DNA of 64,000 nucleotides from Octopus sinensis. Taxonomy: Eukaryota. Location: assembly GCF_006345805.1 (NCBI RefSeq), contig NC_043000.1:115506001-115570000 (forward strand). Direction: 5' to 3'. The notes beneath the pieces were generated by a model that saw nothing but the letters and a program-made list of their open reading frames with translations, was not told the DNA's origin and did no database searches. Below, one piece after another: positions 1-13,039 of this stretch. A program made the position numbers and the translations under genes. Positions within the stretch are counted from its first letter, which is position 1. The number at the start of each line of letters is the position of its first letter.

Positions 1-265
1 CTCAGGCCAACCAATGCCTTGTGAATAAATTTGGTATGTGGAAACTGTATGGAAGCTTTTGTGTGTGTGCGTGTTTCCCCCACACTGCTGGACAACTGGA
101 GTTTGTTTACATCCCTGTAACTTAATAGCTCAGCAAAAGAGACAGATAAAATAAATACCAGACTTAAAAAAAAAAACTTAAGTACTGGGGTCAATTTGTT
201 TGTCTAAAACCTTTCAAGGTGGTGCCCCAGCATGGTCGCAGTCCAGTGACTAAAACAAGTAAAAG
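1..265 (+). mobile_element. Partial tRNA-derived SINE (type B, bipartite with central microsatellite)
   Basis: Matches the body and tail of the type B SINE copies at 3241-3590 and 36800-37368. Confidence 0.7.
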
Positions 266-397
266 GTATATGCTGTCTTCAGTTTCACCTATTTCTTACA
301 GGTTTTGTGCAGCTACAGGGATGTCATCTCGCCCACCTCCGTCACTATCTATCCATCTCATGCGTGGTTATTCTTTTTCTCTCAAACCATCAGCCCC

Positions 398-455
398 TAC
401 TACTACTACTACTACCACCACCACCACCACCACTACCACTACTACCACTACCACA
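398..455. repeat. (TAC/CAC)n trinucleotide microsatellite
   Basis: Direct reading; explains the poly-T/H/Y/V ORFs at 219-553. Confidence 0.95.
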
Positions 456-882
456 CATGGAATGCTCTTTTCCATACCCTTAGTCCCCCCATAAAAGACC
501 AAAGAATTTTCATCTTTGGCAATCAATGATTCCAAAGCAGTATCAGAGTTCACTTGCTACAGTATTGATCTGCTGAGGAGACTCCCAATAATCTTCAACA
601 CAGCACTTCAAAAGCAGAAGTTGGCTAATTTTCCAGTTTCTACATCCGAGAGACAGACTTGCAACTAACTTGCTTCTGCAAGTGCTGCAAATCAAAAATT
701 CTGCATACCAGATGCCTTTTAAGTTTCACGGGGGGTCACCAAGAGAGAATGTACACTGTTTCAAGCCCTTCTTCTTGACAGCGTTACAATGTACCACCTC
801 TCTCTTAACTGACACGAGGCTCCTACCCTACCAACAGGACTGAGTGACTAGTATCTAATTTGAAGTCCTTCATCTCAGCACC

Positions 883-1195
883 GTGGAGGCACATGGCCCA
901 GTGGTTAGAGCAGCGGACTCATGGTCGAAGGATCGCAGGTTCGAATCTCAGACCAGGCGATGTGTGTTTATGAGTGAAACACATAAGCTCCACGCGGCTC
1001 TGGCAGAAGGTAATGGTGAACTTCTGCTGACTCTTTCGCCATAACTTTCTCTCACTCTTTCCTCCTACATCTAGCAGCTCGCCTGCGACGGACAGGCGTC
1101 CTGTCCAGGTGGGGAACCTATACGCCAATGAAACCGGGAAACCGGCCCTTATTAGCCAGGCATGGCTTGAGAAGGAACAAACAACAACAACAACA
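883..1195 (+). mobile_element. tRNA-derived SINE (type D) with (CAA)n tail
   Basis: A box tggcccagtggttagag, B box ggttcgaatc, (aac)n tail; related copies near 28975, 36025 and 50090. Confidence 0.75.
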
Positions 1196-1469
1196 TCTCA
1201 GTACCATTCAAATAGAAGTCATGCAGGTGTAACTTGTCATACAGGTAAACTGGTACCTGCCTCTAAATCATTATCAATGGCATTTTCCCATGCTTGCATG
1301 GATCAGACGGAAGAAGCTGAGGTAGATTTTCTATGGCTGGATGCTCTTCCTGTTGCCAACCCCCACCTGTTTCCAAGCAAGGTAAAATTTCCCCATAATC
1401 CAGTGGTTCCTACTGGTTTATTATCTACAGACCCCTTTGATTTCTATTTTCCTCGGGTACCCTTGTAGT

Positions 1470-1760
1470 CATTCATCATCATCGTTTAACGTCCGCTTTC
1501 CATGCTAGCATGGTTTGGACAGTTCAACTGGGGTCTGGGAAGCCAGAAGGCTGCACCAGGCCCAGTCTGATCTGGCAGTGTTTCTACAGCTGGATGCCCT
1601 TCCTAATGCCAAGCACTCCGAGAGTGTAGTGGGTGCTTTTTACGTGCCACCGGCACGGAGGCCAGTCAGGGCGGCACTGGCAACGGCCACGTTCGGATGG
1701 TTCTCTTACATGCCACCGGCACTGGTATCACAGCTACAATTTCCATTGATGTTGATCGAT
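1470..1760 (-). mobile_element. SINE/LINE-tail element (type C) with (GAT)n tail
   Basis: Shared body ctacagctggatgcccttcctaa with copies at 5335-5605 and 7461-7696. Confidence 0.75.
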
Positions 1761-1935
1761 TTTGATTTTGATTCAATATTTAAGAAATCCTATGATATTT
1801 CTATAAGTAGATACTATTAGGAATTGTATACGAAACAGTTCAAATATTCTGGGTATTGATGAAATGAAACCAGTTTATTGCACATGAATTTTAACAGCAA
1901 AATCTTATATGGACCCTCAAGCAGCACTGGATTAA

Positions 1936-2998
1936 CCCCTTAATGGATTATCCCGAGTTTACTCATGCATCGCAAATGTATCTTTTTAACTTTTAATTTT
2001 AGCACTCAAATGAGTTTGTTTTGTGTCATTTCATTTTTGAGTAATCACGAATTTACTCGCATTGTCATACACCTGGCAGCACATATTCTGGCACCATTCC
2101 AAAGAATTTATGCTTCTGAATTTTGAACTTTTACTTCAGTGCATACTCAGATTCAGGAGGAGGTTGAAGTCATTTTAGAACTGTCTCGTTTTGATTCTCT
2201 ATTATTTATTTACGCATTTGTTTTTCTCAAAATGAATGAAAATTTAGATATATTCAGTGATAACGAAAGCGATTTTTCATTTCACGATCTGGAAAGCTCT
2301 GTTAGTTAGTTAGTTAGTTAATTTGGCTCAAAAGCAAATAGCAAGGCCATGTAGGGGGACATGGAGTTAAGTACAGGGTGATGTTCATGTAAAGAGTTCA
2401 GGCCACTTGAGGTCAAGGGAGGCTTTGAACAAAGCGGTCGTCGGCATCTTCACCATCTCGTCTGGCAGCTTGTTCCACGGATCCGCAACCCGGACGGAGA
2501 AAGCTCCTCTCCTTCGATTGGGGATGAATTAGACATGTGTAGTTCAGACTCTGACAATTTTTCAGAAGATGACAAAAAAGATAATAAGATAGATGCATGT
2601 GCATGGCACGGAATCAATTGCTCGTCCGATTCGAAGAGAAAGCAGATACATGTGTGATGTCTGCAAGATAACTTTGTGTGTAACTCCTTGTTTTAAAAAT
2701 CATCATTCTAAATAAACTGTCTATCTCATTTTTAAAAAAATTTTCTTTTGATTTAAAAGCAATACATCTTATAAAAAAATCGAAGATAGTTAAGTTGTAT
2801 GTATTTTTTCAATGTCCAAGTTAACTCGTTTAAATCCAAATGAGTAAAAGTACATTTTAATTTCTATAATAAGAAATAAAGGAAACAAGATAAAAAAAAC
2901 GTTTTTGTAATTAACACAGTATATATAATTAAAAAAGGAAATTAAAAAATATGCTCATAAATGAAACGCCATGTCAGAATAATTGATCCATTAAGGGG
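1936..2998 (+). mobile_element. Non-autonomous piggyBac deletion derivative
   Basis: TTAA on both sides (1932-1935, 2999-3002); TIR CCCCTTAATGGAT..ATCCATTAAGGGG; acidic N-terminal remnant MNENLDIFSDNESDF (~2232) and Cys-rich C-terminal remnant RRESRYMCDVCKITLCVTPCFKNHHSK* (~2630-2715). Confidence 0.85.
2302..2548 (-). mobile_element. 5'-truncated CR1/L2-like LINE 3' end nested in the piggyBac
   Basis: Translates RRRGAFSVRVADPWNKLPDEMVKMPTTALFKASLDLKW; (TAAC)n tail; CTCTG duplicated at 2297-2301 and 2549-2553. Confidence 0.8.
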
Positions 2999-3240
2999 TT
3001 AACCATTAAGCAAAATAAGCATGTGCTTAGGGTATCAAAGTAAAGGTGGGCACAAAAGAAATGGTAAATGGTTGATGGTAAAAAAGAAATCTCTTTAAAC
3101 TTGCTAAAATAATATTCAAAATGGTTTATATGAGAGGAAATATAATTTCGAAGTGTTCATTGTGTCATAGTGAAGATCTCATCAAGAACATACATATATA
3201 CATACACCCAGACCTATTTCTCATTTTCTTTTTAGGAGGG

Positions 3241-3590
3241 GCAGGAGTGGCTGTGTGGTAAGTAGCTTACTAACCAACCACATGGTTCTGGGTTCAGTCC
3301 CCCTGTGTGACACTTTGGGCATGTGTCTTCTACTATAGCCTCAGGCTGACCAAAGCCTTGTGAGTCGATTTGGTAGACGGAAACTGGAAGAAGAAAAAGT
3401 CATATATATATGTGTGTTTGTGTGTCTGTCTCCCACCCACCATTGCTTGACAACTGATGTTGGTGTGTTTACGTCCCCGTAACTTAGTGGTTTGGCAAAA
3501 TGAGACCAAAAGCTTACAAAGGATAAGTCCCAGGGTTAATTTGTTTGACTAAAGGTACTGCTCCAGCATGGCTACAGTCAAAAGAATAAA
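3241..3590 (+). mobile_element. Type B SINE, full length
   Basis: tRNA-like head gcaggagtggctgtgtggtaag, accttgggca-like core, central (TA/TG)n, aaagaataaaa tail. Confidence 0.8.
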
Positions 3591-3774
3591 AGTGGGTAGC
3601 TACAACAAGACACACACCAGGCATTCCATTGATTTCCCAGCTCAAAGAGACGAGCCCTGTTCTATGCTCGGGTCAAGGCATAGAATGCAAATGGAAGTCT
3701 ACAAAAATAAATTTTATTTTCCATCTTACTGTTAGTTTTGTTTAATTTTGAGAAGTAAAAAAATTATTTTATGA

Positions 3775-4152
3775 CTCATTACTCTTTTACTTGTTTCAGT
3801 CATGTGACTGTGGCCATGCTGGAGCACCGCCTTTAGCCGAGCAAATCAACCCCAGGACTTATTCTTTGTAAGCCTAGTACTTATTCTATCGGTCTCTTTT
3901 GCCAAACTGCTAAGTTACAGGTACGTAAACACACCAGCATCAGTTGTCAAGCGATGTTAGGGGGACAAACACAGACACACACATATATATCGACGGGCTT
4001 CTTTCAGTTTCCGTCTCCCAAATCCACTCACAAGGCTTTGGTCGGCCCGAGGCAATAGTTAAAGACACTTGCCCAAGGTGCCATGCAGTGGGACTGAACC
4101 CAAAACCATGTGGTTCGTAAGCAAGCTATTTACCACACACCCACTCCTATGC
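3775..4152 (-). mobile_element. Type B SINE, full length
   Basis: Reverse complement of the same consensus, head-to-head context with 3241-3590 tail. Confidence 0.8.
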
Positions 4153-4525
4153 TGCATTACATAAATAGGGGCACTAAAATCTTTTCAGTACTTAGGGCGT
4201 CTATGGGTCTTGATCCATCCCTGCCCTCAAGGGTCATATGACCCCGATTGAAAACCGCTGTCATAACCAGACATATTTCTTCAGAAAACTGGAAACAAGG
4301 GACACTGCTGACATGATGGTGGCACTCATTTACAACTATTACACAAAGTCAAAGACAGGAACAGACACACACAACAGGCTTCTCTCAGTTTCCAACTACG
4401 AAATTCACTCACAAGGTCTTGGTTGACCTGAGGCTATCATAGAAGACACTTGCCCAAAGTGCCATGTAGTAGGACTGAACCTGGAATCATGTGGTTGGTT
4501 TCATTCAACTATTGTTTATGAATAT

Positions 4526-4915
4526 TCTCTCTGTATATAAAGCTGAAGTTGTCTGTGTATGACAGGTTTAGCCTTCAACTAACACTATCTCCTCCAAGAC
4601 ACTGCGGTGCAAGTTGACCAAAATTGAGAGTATGATAGAAGAAGGCTTGCTCTTCATTCCGTAGAAGAAAAAATTCAAATCAGACCATGTTAACACCAAA
4701 AATTATTTACATCAAAAAGGTGCCTTTTTATCTCTGAAAATCCCTATTTTTTATGATTTTTTGACTGCTGTGTTACCATTTTTCGGTGTATTTCAATCAG
4801 AAAAATGTTCACTTAAAGAGAATAACAAGTTGCATAATGCAAAATTTTTACTTTTCAAAGATTCCAATTCTAAAGGGTCGAAACAAACCCGAGCAACGCC
4901 GGGCAATACTGCTAG
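4526..4915 (+). mobile_element. Non-autonomous Helitron, family H1
   Basis: 5' TC..tatataaagctgaag, 3' cccgagcaacgccggg hairpin then CTAG|T; five copies in window. Confidence 0.8.
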
Positions 4916-5334
4916 TTGTGTATATACTTGTATAGACTCCTTGTCTGCGTCTTTATTTTTTTTTTAATCTTTCAGTTATTAATTGTGGCCTTGCTGGGAC
5001 TGACATTAAAACAAGTTGGAGAGAAAACTTTTTGTTACCACACAACCCCACCTGTAACTGTATCTTTATTAAATGCAGCACTGATTTAAACAATCTCTCC
5101 TTTGTTGCTTGTGACACTCCTTTATCCTTCATAATTTTCTGTAGCTCATTACATCTGACTTTCCAAAAGCCATTCCTTTAACTTTTCATTTAACTATAAC
5201 CCACTTCTTTCAACTTTGCTTCAAAGAAAAATAAATTCACCCTCTACTTTCATTGTCAGAGCTCCAGTCTTTATATTGCTTTAAATTTGTAGTCAATGTC
5301 ACTGACCTAATTTTAGTGTTATTTTTTGTGATGC

Positions 5335-5605
5335 CAGTGCCGCCATGACTGGCTTCCGTTCTGGTGGCACATAAAAAGCACCACCTGATCGTGGCCATTG
5401 CCAGCCTTGCCTGGCACCTGTGCCAGTGGCATGTAAAAAGCACCCACTACACTCATGGAGTGGTTGGTGTTAGGAAGGGCATCCAGCTGTAGAAACACTG
5501 CCAGATCAGACTGGAGCCTGGTGCAGCTTCCAGGCTTGTCAGTCCTCAGTCAAACTGTCCAACTCATGCCAGCATGGAAATTGGACGTTAAACGATGATG
5601 ATGAT
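5335..5605 (+). mobile_element. Type C element with (GAT)n tail
   Basis: Homologous to 1470-1760 in opposite orientation. Confidence 0.75.
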
Positions 5606-5999
5606 AATATAGCAGAAATATAAACAAGCTGAACCATCTAATATCTTGGAATTAAAAAAGAAAGATTACATAGAATCAGTTAATATTCATTCATGTATTT
5701 AATTATTTACAAATTAGGTGGTTTCTATAAAGACTGCTCTGGGCACTTACTTATGGAATAACTGGAAAGATAAACATTCTATCTATATATTAATTATAAG
5801 CCAAGAATCAGAAAAAAATAAAGATGCGTACAGATACACACACATATTTATCTGCGCACACATACACAAATATTTATACGTTTATATGCATATAATATAA
5901 CCATCTTGCATAGACTTATGTAACTAAAAAGTATCTGTTTACAAACAAGAATGATAACAATTTATAAGGGAAAAGAGGTTAATAGGTTATGCACATACC

Positions 6000-6044
<45 letters not shown>

Positions 6045-6870
6045 TATATATTTATATGGATATAGTATAACCATCTTGCATACACCTAAATATCTGAAAA
6101 TCTCTATTTAAGAACAGTAACAATTTATAAGAGATCAGAGGTTAATAGGTAAGGAGATCAAAATAAGAAAGCAATAAGAATTTATAGAAATAAGAAATAT
6201 ATATAACCTACATTTTAAGAGATAGGGTATTGAAATTTGAGGTAGGGAAGAGATAAAGGTAACTCGAAAAGAGGAGGTAGTAGGTATGGGTGTAGTAAGG
6301 GCAGTTAGAGGTATTCAGACCGAAGAGATTTTATAAATTGCAATGTTACAGTTATACAATGTTACAATTATATGATTATATAGTTTTTATGGGTATATAA
6401 TTAGGAGACTTACTTACATAAAAACCATTACAAACATACATAATATGATCAGTAGGGTAGAACACCATACAAAGGAAAATAAATAGAATAATATTAATGA
6501 TGATGTAGGAATTAGAAACAATAGTACTAACACCTCTAATATGTACAATGTAGACTGTAACTCCGAGGTATTAACATTATAGGTTCTATTAGCATCTTGC
6601 TCCTTTAATTAACACCATGATTTAGGGTCTTTCCCAATCCAGCCTCCTTTTATAGACAGTTGCTCTATATCCAATGGACTGCTCCTAATATCTTGACAAT
6701 ATTTATGACCATACCTAGCCATGAGCTGTCAAATCACTCTTGCCCTTCATTCCAAACAGACACAGTCCTCTCTAGTCTAAGATTTAGTAGTTGATAAAGA
6801 GACAAATAAATTAGAAATGAACCACAACCCTTTACAAGCTATGAACCCCAGTGGGCTTCATGCCTTTCTT

Positions 6871-7100
6871 ATTTCTTTACTGCCCACAAGGGGCTACACA
6901 CAGACAGGACAAACAAGGACAGACAAACGGATTAAGTCGATTATGTCGACCCCAGTGCATAACTGGTACTTAATCTATCGACTCTGAAAGGATGAAAGGC
7001 AAAGTCAACCTCGGTGGAATTTGAACTCAGAACGTAGCGGCAGACGAAATACTGGTAAGCATTTTGCCCGGTGTGCTAACATTTCTGCCAGCTCGCCGCC
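6871..7100 (-). mobile_element. Type A CORE-like tRNA SINE
   Basis: Consensus gactttgcctttcatcctttc body; 15-bp TSD cttcatgcctttctt (6856-6870, 7100-7114). Confidence 0.85.
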
Positions 7101-7234
7101 TTCATGCCTTTCTTGGAAGTGTAGTCTATTCTTAGCTACAATAGCGACAACATGGATTTCTTCCAATTTGTTCTGTTAAAGTATTTGAGGAAAATCATAT
7201 TAATGTGTCCAACTGATTAAAATTCTGTTTATTT

Positions 7235-7322
7235 GTGCAGCTGATGATGGCTCTGTATTCAAATTGATGTAATGATTGCACTGTTCAATTAAATGGAGCC
7301 ACTTGAAACGGTCGTACTGCAT
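7235..7322 (+). ncRNA. Type I hammerhead-like motif, non-canonical
   Basis: Stem I GTGCAG/CTGCAT, CTGATGA, stem II TGGCTC/GAGCCA, extra CTT, GAAA, C-GGTC-G, T, A. Confidence 0.45.
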
Positions 7323-7460
7323 CACTTCTTGATATCCTGTTGCTTATTCTCTGATTTTATTCACCTTACTTCGAGCTGTGCAGGTAATACCGGACTGACT
7401 TGGTGCTTCAACTTAAGTACCTAATTCAACTAAATCTCAACTATATATATATATATACAC

Positions 7461-7696
7461 CATCATCATCGTTTTCCATGCTAGCATGGGTTGGACGATT
7501 TGACTGAGGTCTGGTGAACCAGATGGCTGCACCAGACTCGAATCTGATCTGGTAGAGTTTCTACAGCTGGATGCCCTTCCTAATGCCAACCACTCCGAGA
7601 GAGGGTGCTTTTACGTGCCACCAGCATGAGGGCTAGTCAGGCGGTACTGGCAATGGCCATGCTCAAATGGTGCTTTTTATGTGCCACCTGCACAGG
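7461..7696 (-). mobile_element. Type C element
   Basis: Homologous to 1470-1760. Confidence 0.75.
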
Positions 7697-7809
7697 ATGA
7701 TGATGATGATATATATATATAAAACCATTTTTCCCCAATCAGTCTCCATGCTTGACCACTAAATCCACAAGTTTTTTTAATTCCCCTCTCTGTTTATTTC
7801 CTCATGTTC

Positions 7810-7930
7810 CTTTCTGTTGAAGAGCATAGGCTCGAAACGTAAAAGACTTTCTCACTTTCCCGAGCATCAAACTAATACATCTGCTTGTTGTTCATACACC
7901 TGTCTTCATCTTTTGCTTTTCTGTAAATTT
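7810..7930 (+). mobile_element. Penelope-like 3' end remnant with hammerhead-like motif (U6 variant), abutting (TA)n
   Basis: CTGTTGA-A-GAGC-atag-GCTC-GAAACGTA; homologous to 14934-15068. Confidence 0.5.
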
Positions 7931-8145
7931 CATATATATATATTTGTGTGTCTGTGTTTGTCCCCGTATGACCACTTGACAACCGATGTTGGTGTGTTAA
8001 TGTCCCTTGTAACTTAGCAGTTCAGCAAAAGAGGCCGACAGAATAAGTACTAGGCTTACAAAGAATAAGTCCAGCAGTTAATTTCTTTGACTAAAGGAGG
8101 TGCTCCAGCATGGCTACAGTCAAATAAATGAAACAAGTGAAAGAA
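7931..8145 (+). mobile_element. 3' half of type B SINE
   Basis: Matches type B post-microsatellite half. Confidence 0.7.
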
Positions 8146-8760
8146 ACCAAGTGCTAAAAAATGTAATAATGAAGGGCTATCATGAGCCTTGAGGATTTAT
8201 AAGCTCAACCCAGTTTTCATGGTGTGTAAGTGATTGAGGTTCCTAGCTATTGATGAAACTTATTTATAGCTGAGCAGAATGGGGTTAGGTTGACTGAAGT
8301 GTTTTGCTCAAGAGTATGAGCTTGTCAGGCAATTGAAATCACAACTGTACAAATCATAAGAGACACACCCTAATCATAAAGCTACACACCGTGACAAGCA
8401 AAATAGGTGTGTGTGTGGGGGGGGGGGGGGGGTTGAGCAATTTATGCAATTGGTCTAGCAGAACAGCCAAGACTCACCCAACCCATGCCAGCATGGAAAG
8501 TGGCTATAAAAGTTTCAAAGGACCCAGTTTTCAGCAAATGGACAGCACTAGTGGTAGTAATTTCACTTCCAAAGCCACAGAATTTTGAAAGTAGAGGCAA
8601 GAGAATATTTTAAAATCAAACTGCACATATTTTATTAACTACCACAGGATGTGAACCAACAATTTATTGGACCAAAGCTTAATTATTAATTAATCAAATA
8701 TAATTATGACTTTGGAAACCTCGGTTCATTGTCGTTCTAATGTCTACTTTTCCATGCTTG

Positions 8761-8889
8761 CAGGGCCGGCTCAAGGAACCAGCAACTCGGGCAGTCACCC
8801 AGGGCGCCAAGGAAATTTCCATGACCATCAGCTTGTACACACCAAAGTTCAGCTAGCCCGAGGCACCAGCAAACCTAGGGTTGGCCCTG
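8761..8889 (+). mobile_element. hAT-type MITE (129 bp)
   Basis: CAGGGCC..GGCCCTG termini; perfect 8-bp TSD catgcttg (8753-8760, 8890-8897); inserted in a type C fragment. Confidence 0.85.
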
Positions 8890-10692
8890 CATGCTTGTAT
8901 GGGTTTGTTGAGGCAAATTTTTTAAGGCTGCTTTTTCTTGCCACTAGTCCTCATCAGTTTCCCAAGCAGACATGTTTTTCATGGAGGATTGGAAACTAAG
9001 GAGACGGCTGCATGACAGTGACACACGTTTACATCTATCATGTGACATCAGGGTAAGGAGACGGTAGAGGTGTCGAAGATGTCTCCCACCCTTTTCGTCA
9101 ATAAGGATGCATAACACCGTTCTCAAATTTATATAAATACACAAATGGGAAGTTTCATTCGCGAACAGGGAAAATAAGAGGTTGTAGCGTTCATGCACTT
9201 TCCAATGGTTCTATTGTTTACTTTTGTCAACAAATGGGTAAAAATCGGTCTTTTGTCTTGGTGCATGGTCTTATGCTGTTAAAAGAGGGAGAATAAATCA
9301 CTTTGTGAAAGGCATTAGCAACGAAAGTGATCTGGTTTGACCCAGGAACTGAAAGCCCCAGCGTGTTCTCTGCTTCCAGGCAACTTGCCTATAAAGGACA
9401 AGGCCATAAGTAATATAATAGCGTGGATAGCTATAAATTTTATGGAGGAAGAGGGCGGATTTTCGGAAAAGCTGTACCACATCCGTTGTAATTTTTCCGT
9501 ATTGGCCGGGGTTTTTCCAAATGACGAAAACAGCGAAAAGGGAAAAAATTATTTAATCATCTTAGTGGAGACTGCTGTTCCGAAGGTACACGGAGACGGT
9601 AGTGGGGAGGGGGACGCGTTTAAAAAAACATGGATTAAAATTTTATTTAACCACCTGCTCCACTGATTTGAAATGTATGATACTAAAATTTGGAAAAATC
9701 CAACCAAAACGGAAAAATTCCAACTTACGTGGAACAGCTATTCCGAAAGTCTGCCGGGAATAGTAGAGTTAACTGGATTCACTCCAATATAACGTCAGCT
9801 ACAAGATTTGAACTCAGAACAGAGGCACAGTGGTTTCGTTTTTCAATCCACTCCCAGCCGACACAACAACCACCAACGGTATATTGGTGTATATTTCTAC
9901 ATATTAGTCATCTTGTGCTAAAGTCGCATGTTAACATTATAATATCGAGTGTCAAAGATAGGAAGGAACACATGGCATGGATTCTAAATCCTATTAATTT
10001 ATTTTGGAATTCAGCATAAGATTTAAGAATAATATATGAGAAGATAGAGACAATGCGACGTACATGACTTCTTCCCAAAGCTTATGACGCCATATGATAG
10101 TAATTACCGGTACCATAAGAAAAACCGATAATTCTAGCCGGTTGCCGGCGAATCTACGACTAGAAGAACATGTTATATTTTCCAACATTGAATCGTTAGT
10201 AATGAATTATTAATTGACAAGATTTATTTTTAATTATCAGAATAAGTGACTATATAAAGAAAAATCCAGAATAAAAATTTTAAAACAGTGATAGATTTTC
10301 CGAAATATTAAATCTTTTATATCTACAAGTTAGGAATTAAAATAATCTTCGTAAATTAATTAAATCAATCAATTTGGTTATGAGAAATTGGAACAAACAA
10401 TAACAATCTATTTCTAATTTATTCGGACATGTGCTTAAAGGTCTGGCGTTGAAATCTTAAGGATTTACTTCAATAACCCGAAATCTTTAAACCATAAGGA
10501 ATGGTCGCAGAGTCAAATATGTGCGACGTACGCACATTTAGAAAAATAATGCAGAACATGAAGAAAATAAAAGATCGTGTATAATGTATTAGAATACGAG
10601 GAGGCAAATGAAAGAAAGTGGTTTTTAGTGTATTAGGTGGGAGATATATAGAATCTTTAATAACAGTTTGACTCAGCTCCATATGATTTAAA

Positions 10693-10942
10693 GGATACTA
10701 CTTGGGAACCGTGGTCCCGATGCGCGCATCCGCGATAGCTAGTCGTGACTAGTCGATCCTACGACTGCCTAGCAAAGTAAATAAAACACAAAATAAATAA
10801 AAAATTTTATACAAAGTAAATAATTATTATTAAACGAAGTAAATAAAACACAAAAACACAAAGTAAATAATTTTTAAACACAGAGTAAGGATCGACTAGT
10901 CATGACTAGCTAACGCGAGTGCGCGTACTGGGACTACTGTTT
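10693..10942. mobile_element. CpG-rich palindromic MITE, copy 1
   Basis: Long imperfect TIRs (gtggtccc..gctagtcgtgactagtcgatcct) around an AT-rich spacer; copies at 39267 and 55387. Confidence 0.75.
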
Positions 10943-11399
10943 AAAGTTTCGTGGGCTCGTAGGAATGATAACTGGAAATCTGATGAGCTGGGTTCGTCCT
11001 AAAAGCCCACAAAATCTCGTCATATGGAGCTGAATGAAAACTAATTAAAAATATAATATTTAGACACACATATGTGTATGTATATTAATTAATATTTATA
11101 TATTGTAATAAAAAAGGTTAATTGAACTCCTGAAAGTGTTTAAAATAGACAGAGAGATGTTAATGTATATTTACCACAACAGTCATGGTGAGTAAAACCC
11201 TGTAAAATGGAAAGTTCTAGACTGGAACAGTCTAATTCATTCGCCATATCTGCCGCGCCAGGAGAGAAACGTGATTTGAAGAAGGAAAGAATGAAATGGA
11301 AAACTCGGTAATTGGGTGACGGTGTTGCGTGAGAAATAGTCCCCGCCGTAAATAAATGAATGAAAGAAGCAATCCGGATAATCTGGGTTAGAATGAAGT

Positions 11400-11735
11400 G
11401 GTTTTGTGTGTGTGTGTGAATAGAGATATATGTACATATACGTGTGCGTGTGTGTGTGCGCGAGAGTATGAGAGAGTGAAAGAGAAAGGAAGAGAGAGAG
11501 CGTATGTATGTATGTACGCACGCACGTACCTACGTACCTACGTACGTATGTATGTATGTATGTATGTATGCATGAATGTATGTATGTATGTATGTATGTA
11601 TGTATGTATGTATGTATGTATGTATGTATGTATGCATGCATGTATGCATGTATGTATGTATGTATGTATGTATGTATGTATGTATGTATGTATGTATGTA
11701 TGTATGCATGTATGTATATATATATATATATATAA
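11400..11735. repeat. Compound microsatellite (TG)n/(GA)n/(TATG)n/(TA)n
   Basis: Direct reading; source of MYVC/YIHT ORFs. Confidence 0.95.
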
Positions 11736-11742
11736 TGGGGGG

Positions 11743-12560
11743 GGGGCAAAATGAGTAATTGTTGATTTCTCGTTATTTTCTTTTTACCTGAGAGAGTTTG
11801 AAACAATCAGGTGACGCATTTTTTTCAAGAAATTTTTTCCTGAACTTTTAACGGATTGTAATTGAGGTTGCTAATAAAATATTTGGATAATTATTGGTGT
11901 TCAACAAACAATCAATATTCTTTTCTCTGCTGGATTCCAAGTCAAAGTTTTACGCCACTCTAACGTTTAATCTGATAATTATTAATTTCCAAAAATATAA
12001 AAAATAAAAATAAGAATAATAATAACGGGGCAAAATGAGTAATGACTAATCGCTATAATTCTTTTCTTAATTTCTTCTGCATGGTACGATGATATATCAG
12101 AAAGACGGCCACTCCGATAGATCGCGAAGAAGCTATAGAAATTATTCTATGTCGAGTTTCGTTAATTTCATATCATGTGTTATTTTCCCACGATCCTCTT
12201 TCACTTGCTCCATATATTTTAAATTTTTGCTGCATTCCTAATCTTTCTGATGTCTACGGATGGATATTGATGTGTTTGAGTCTTTTTTTTCTCAAATGCA
12301 ATTCTGGAGAATTGAAGGAGTAAATTTACCTTAATTTGTCTTACCCATTTTGCCCCAGCTAAATTTGTCTTTTGTATGCTCAAAGAGAACGAAGAAAATT
12401 TTCTGAAGTAGTGTTCTAAATATGTTATAGTGTTTCTAATGCATCTAAAGAAGGTAATTTGTTTAACTGATGCAGTTTTTGTTAGATAATGAACACTTAT
12501 AAAAAAACATTTTTCTCAAAGTTAAAAAAAATTAAGTAAATATTACTCATTGTGACCCAC
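11743..12560. mobile_element. DNA transposon remnant with repeated GGGGCAAAATGAGTAA motifs
   Basis: Motif at ~11743 and ~12026; inverted versions at ~12342 and ~12544; superfamily not assignable. Confidence 0.45.
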
Positions 12561-12815
12561 TCCTCGGTATGTACCTATGTATGTATGTCATGATTCAGTT
12601 TTATTTCAAGATTTCTTGCCAATATAGAAAGAACCGGTTTCATTGGAATTTGAACATGAACAACAGAATATTTTGTATATAATGTGCAGATTTGTATGTT
12701 TAGTATTATGTATGTCTTCTCATGCACATACTTGAATGTCTAGACATGCTCATATATATTTAAATGATAAACTTCTGAAGAGTTTTACCGGCTTTTACAG
12801 ATTTTTACAGTTTTT

Positions 12816-12850
12816 ATGTATGTATGTATGTATGTATGTATGTATGTATG

Positions 12851-12884
<34 letters not shown>

Positions 12885-12928
12885 TGTATGTATGTATGTA
12901 TGCATGCATGCATGTATGTATGTATGTT
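12816..12928. repeat. (TATG)n microsatellite
   Basis: Direct reading. Confidence 0.95.
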
Positions 12929-13039
12929 TACACAAGTTTTTGTAGTTAAGAAACTCGCTTTGAAACCACGTGCTTTCGAATTCATTCAACCGCATGTGGA
13001 TTTGTTAGAAGCCAAAAGAAGTCTGTCGGGTATTGTATA

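Noticed and set aside
540-880. Minus-strand coding exon or LINE fragment
   Set aside because: Stops in all frames and no motif that could be named with confidence.
883-960. tRNA-like heads at 883, 19685, 36020, 50345 and in type A/B elements as tRNA genes
   Set aside because: No closing acceptor stem; they continue into SINE bodies and tails.
7241-7383. Apparent exon bounded by cag| and |gtaata
   Set aside because: Stop codons in all three plus-strand frames; better explained by the hammerhead-like motif.
9000-10200. ORFs 9337-9666 and 9690-10019 and a slightly CpG-richer segment as a host gene or snRNA
   Set aside because: No recognisable motif, no convincing splice structure, and no match by eye to U1, U2, U4, U5, U6, 7SL or 5S RNA.
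10975-11030. Functional hammerhead at CTGATGAG..cccac-AAAA-tctc-GTC
   Set aside because: G12 is mutated and stem I does not pair; kept only as a weak relic in the pattern finding.
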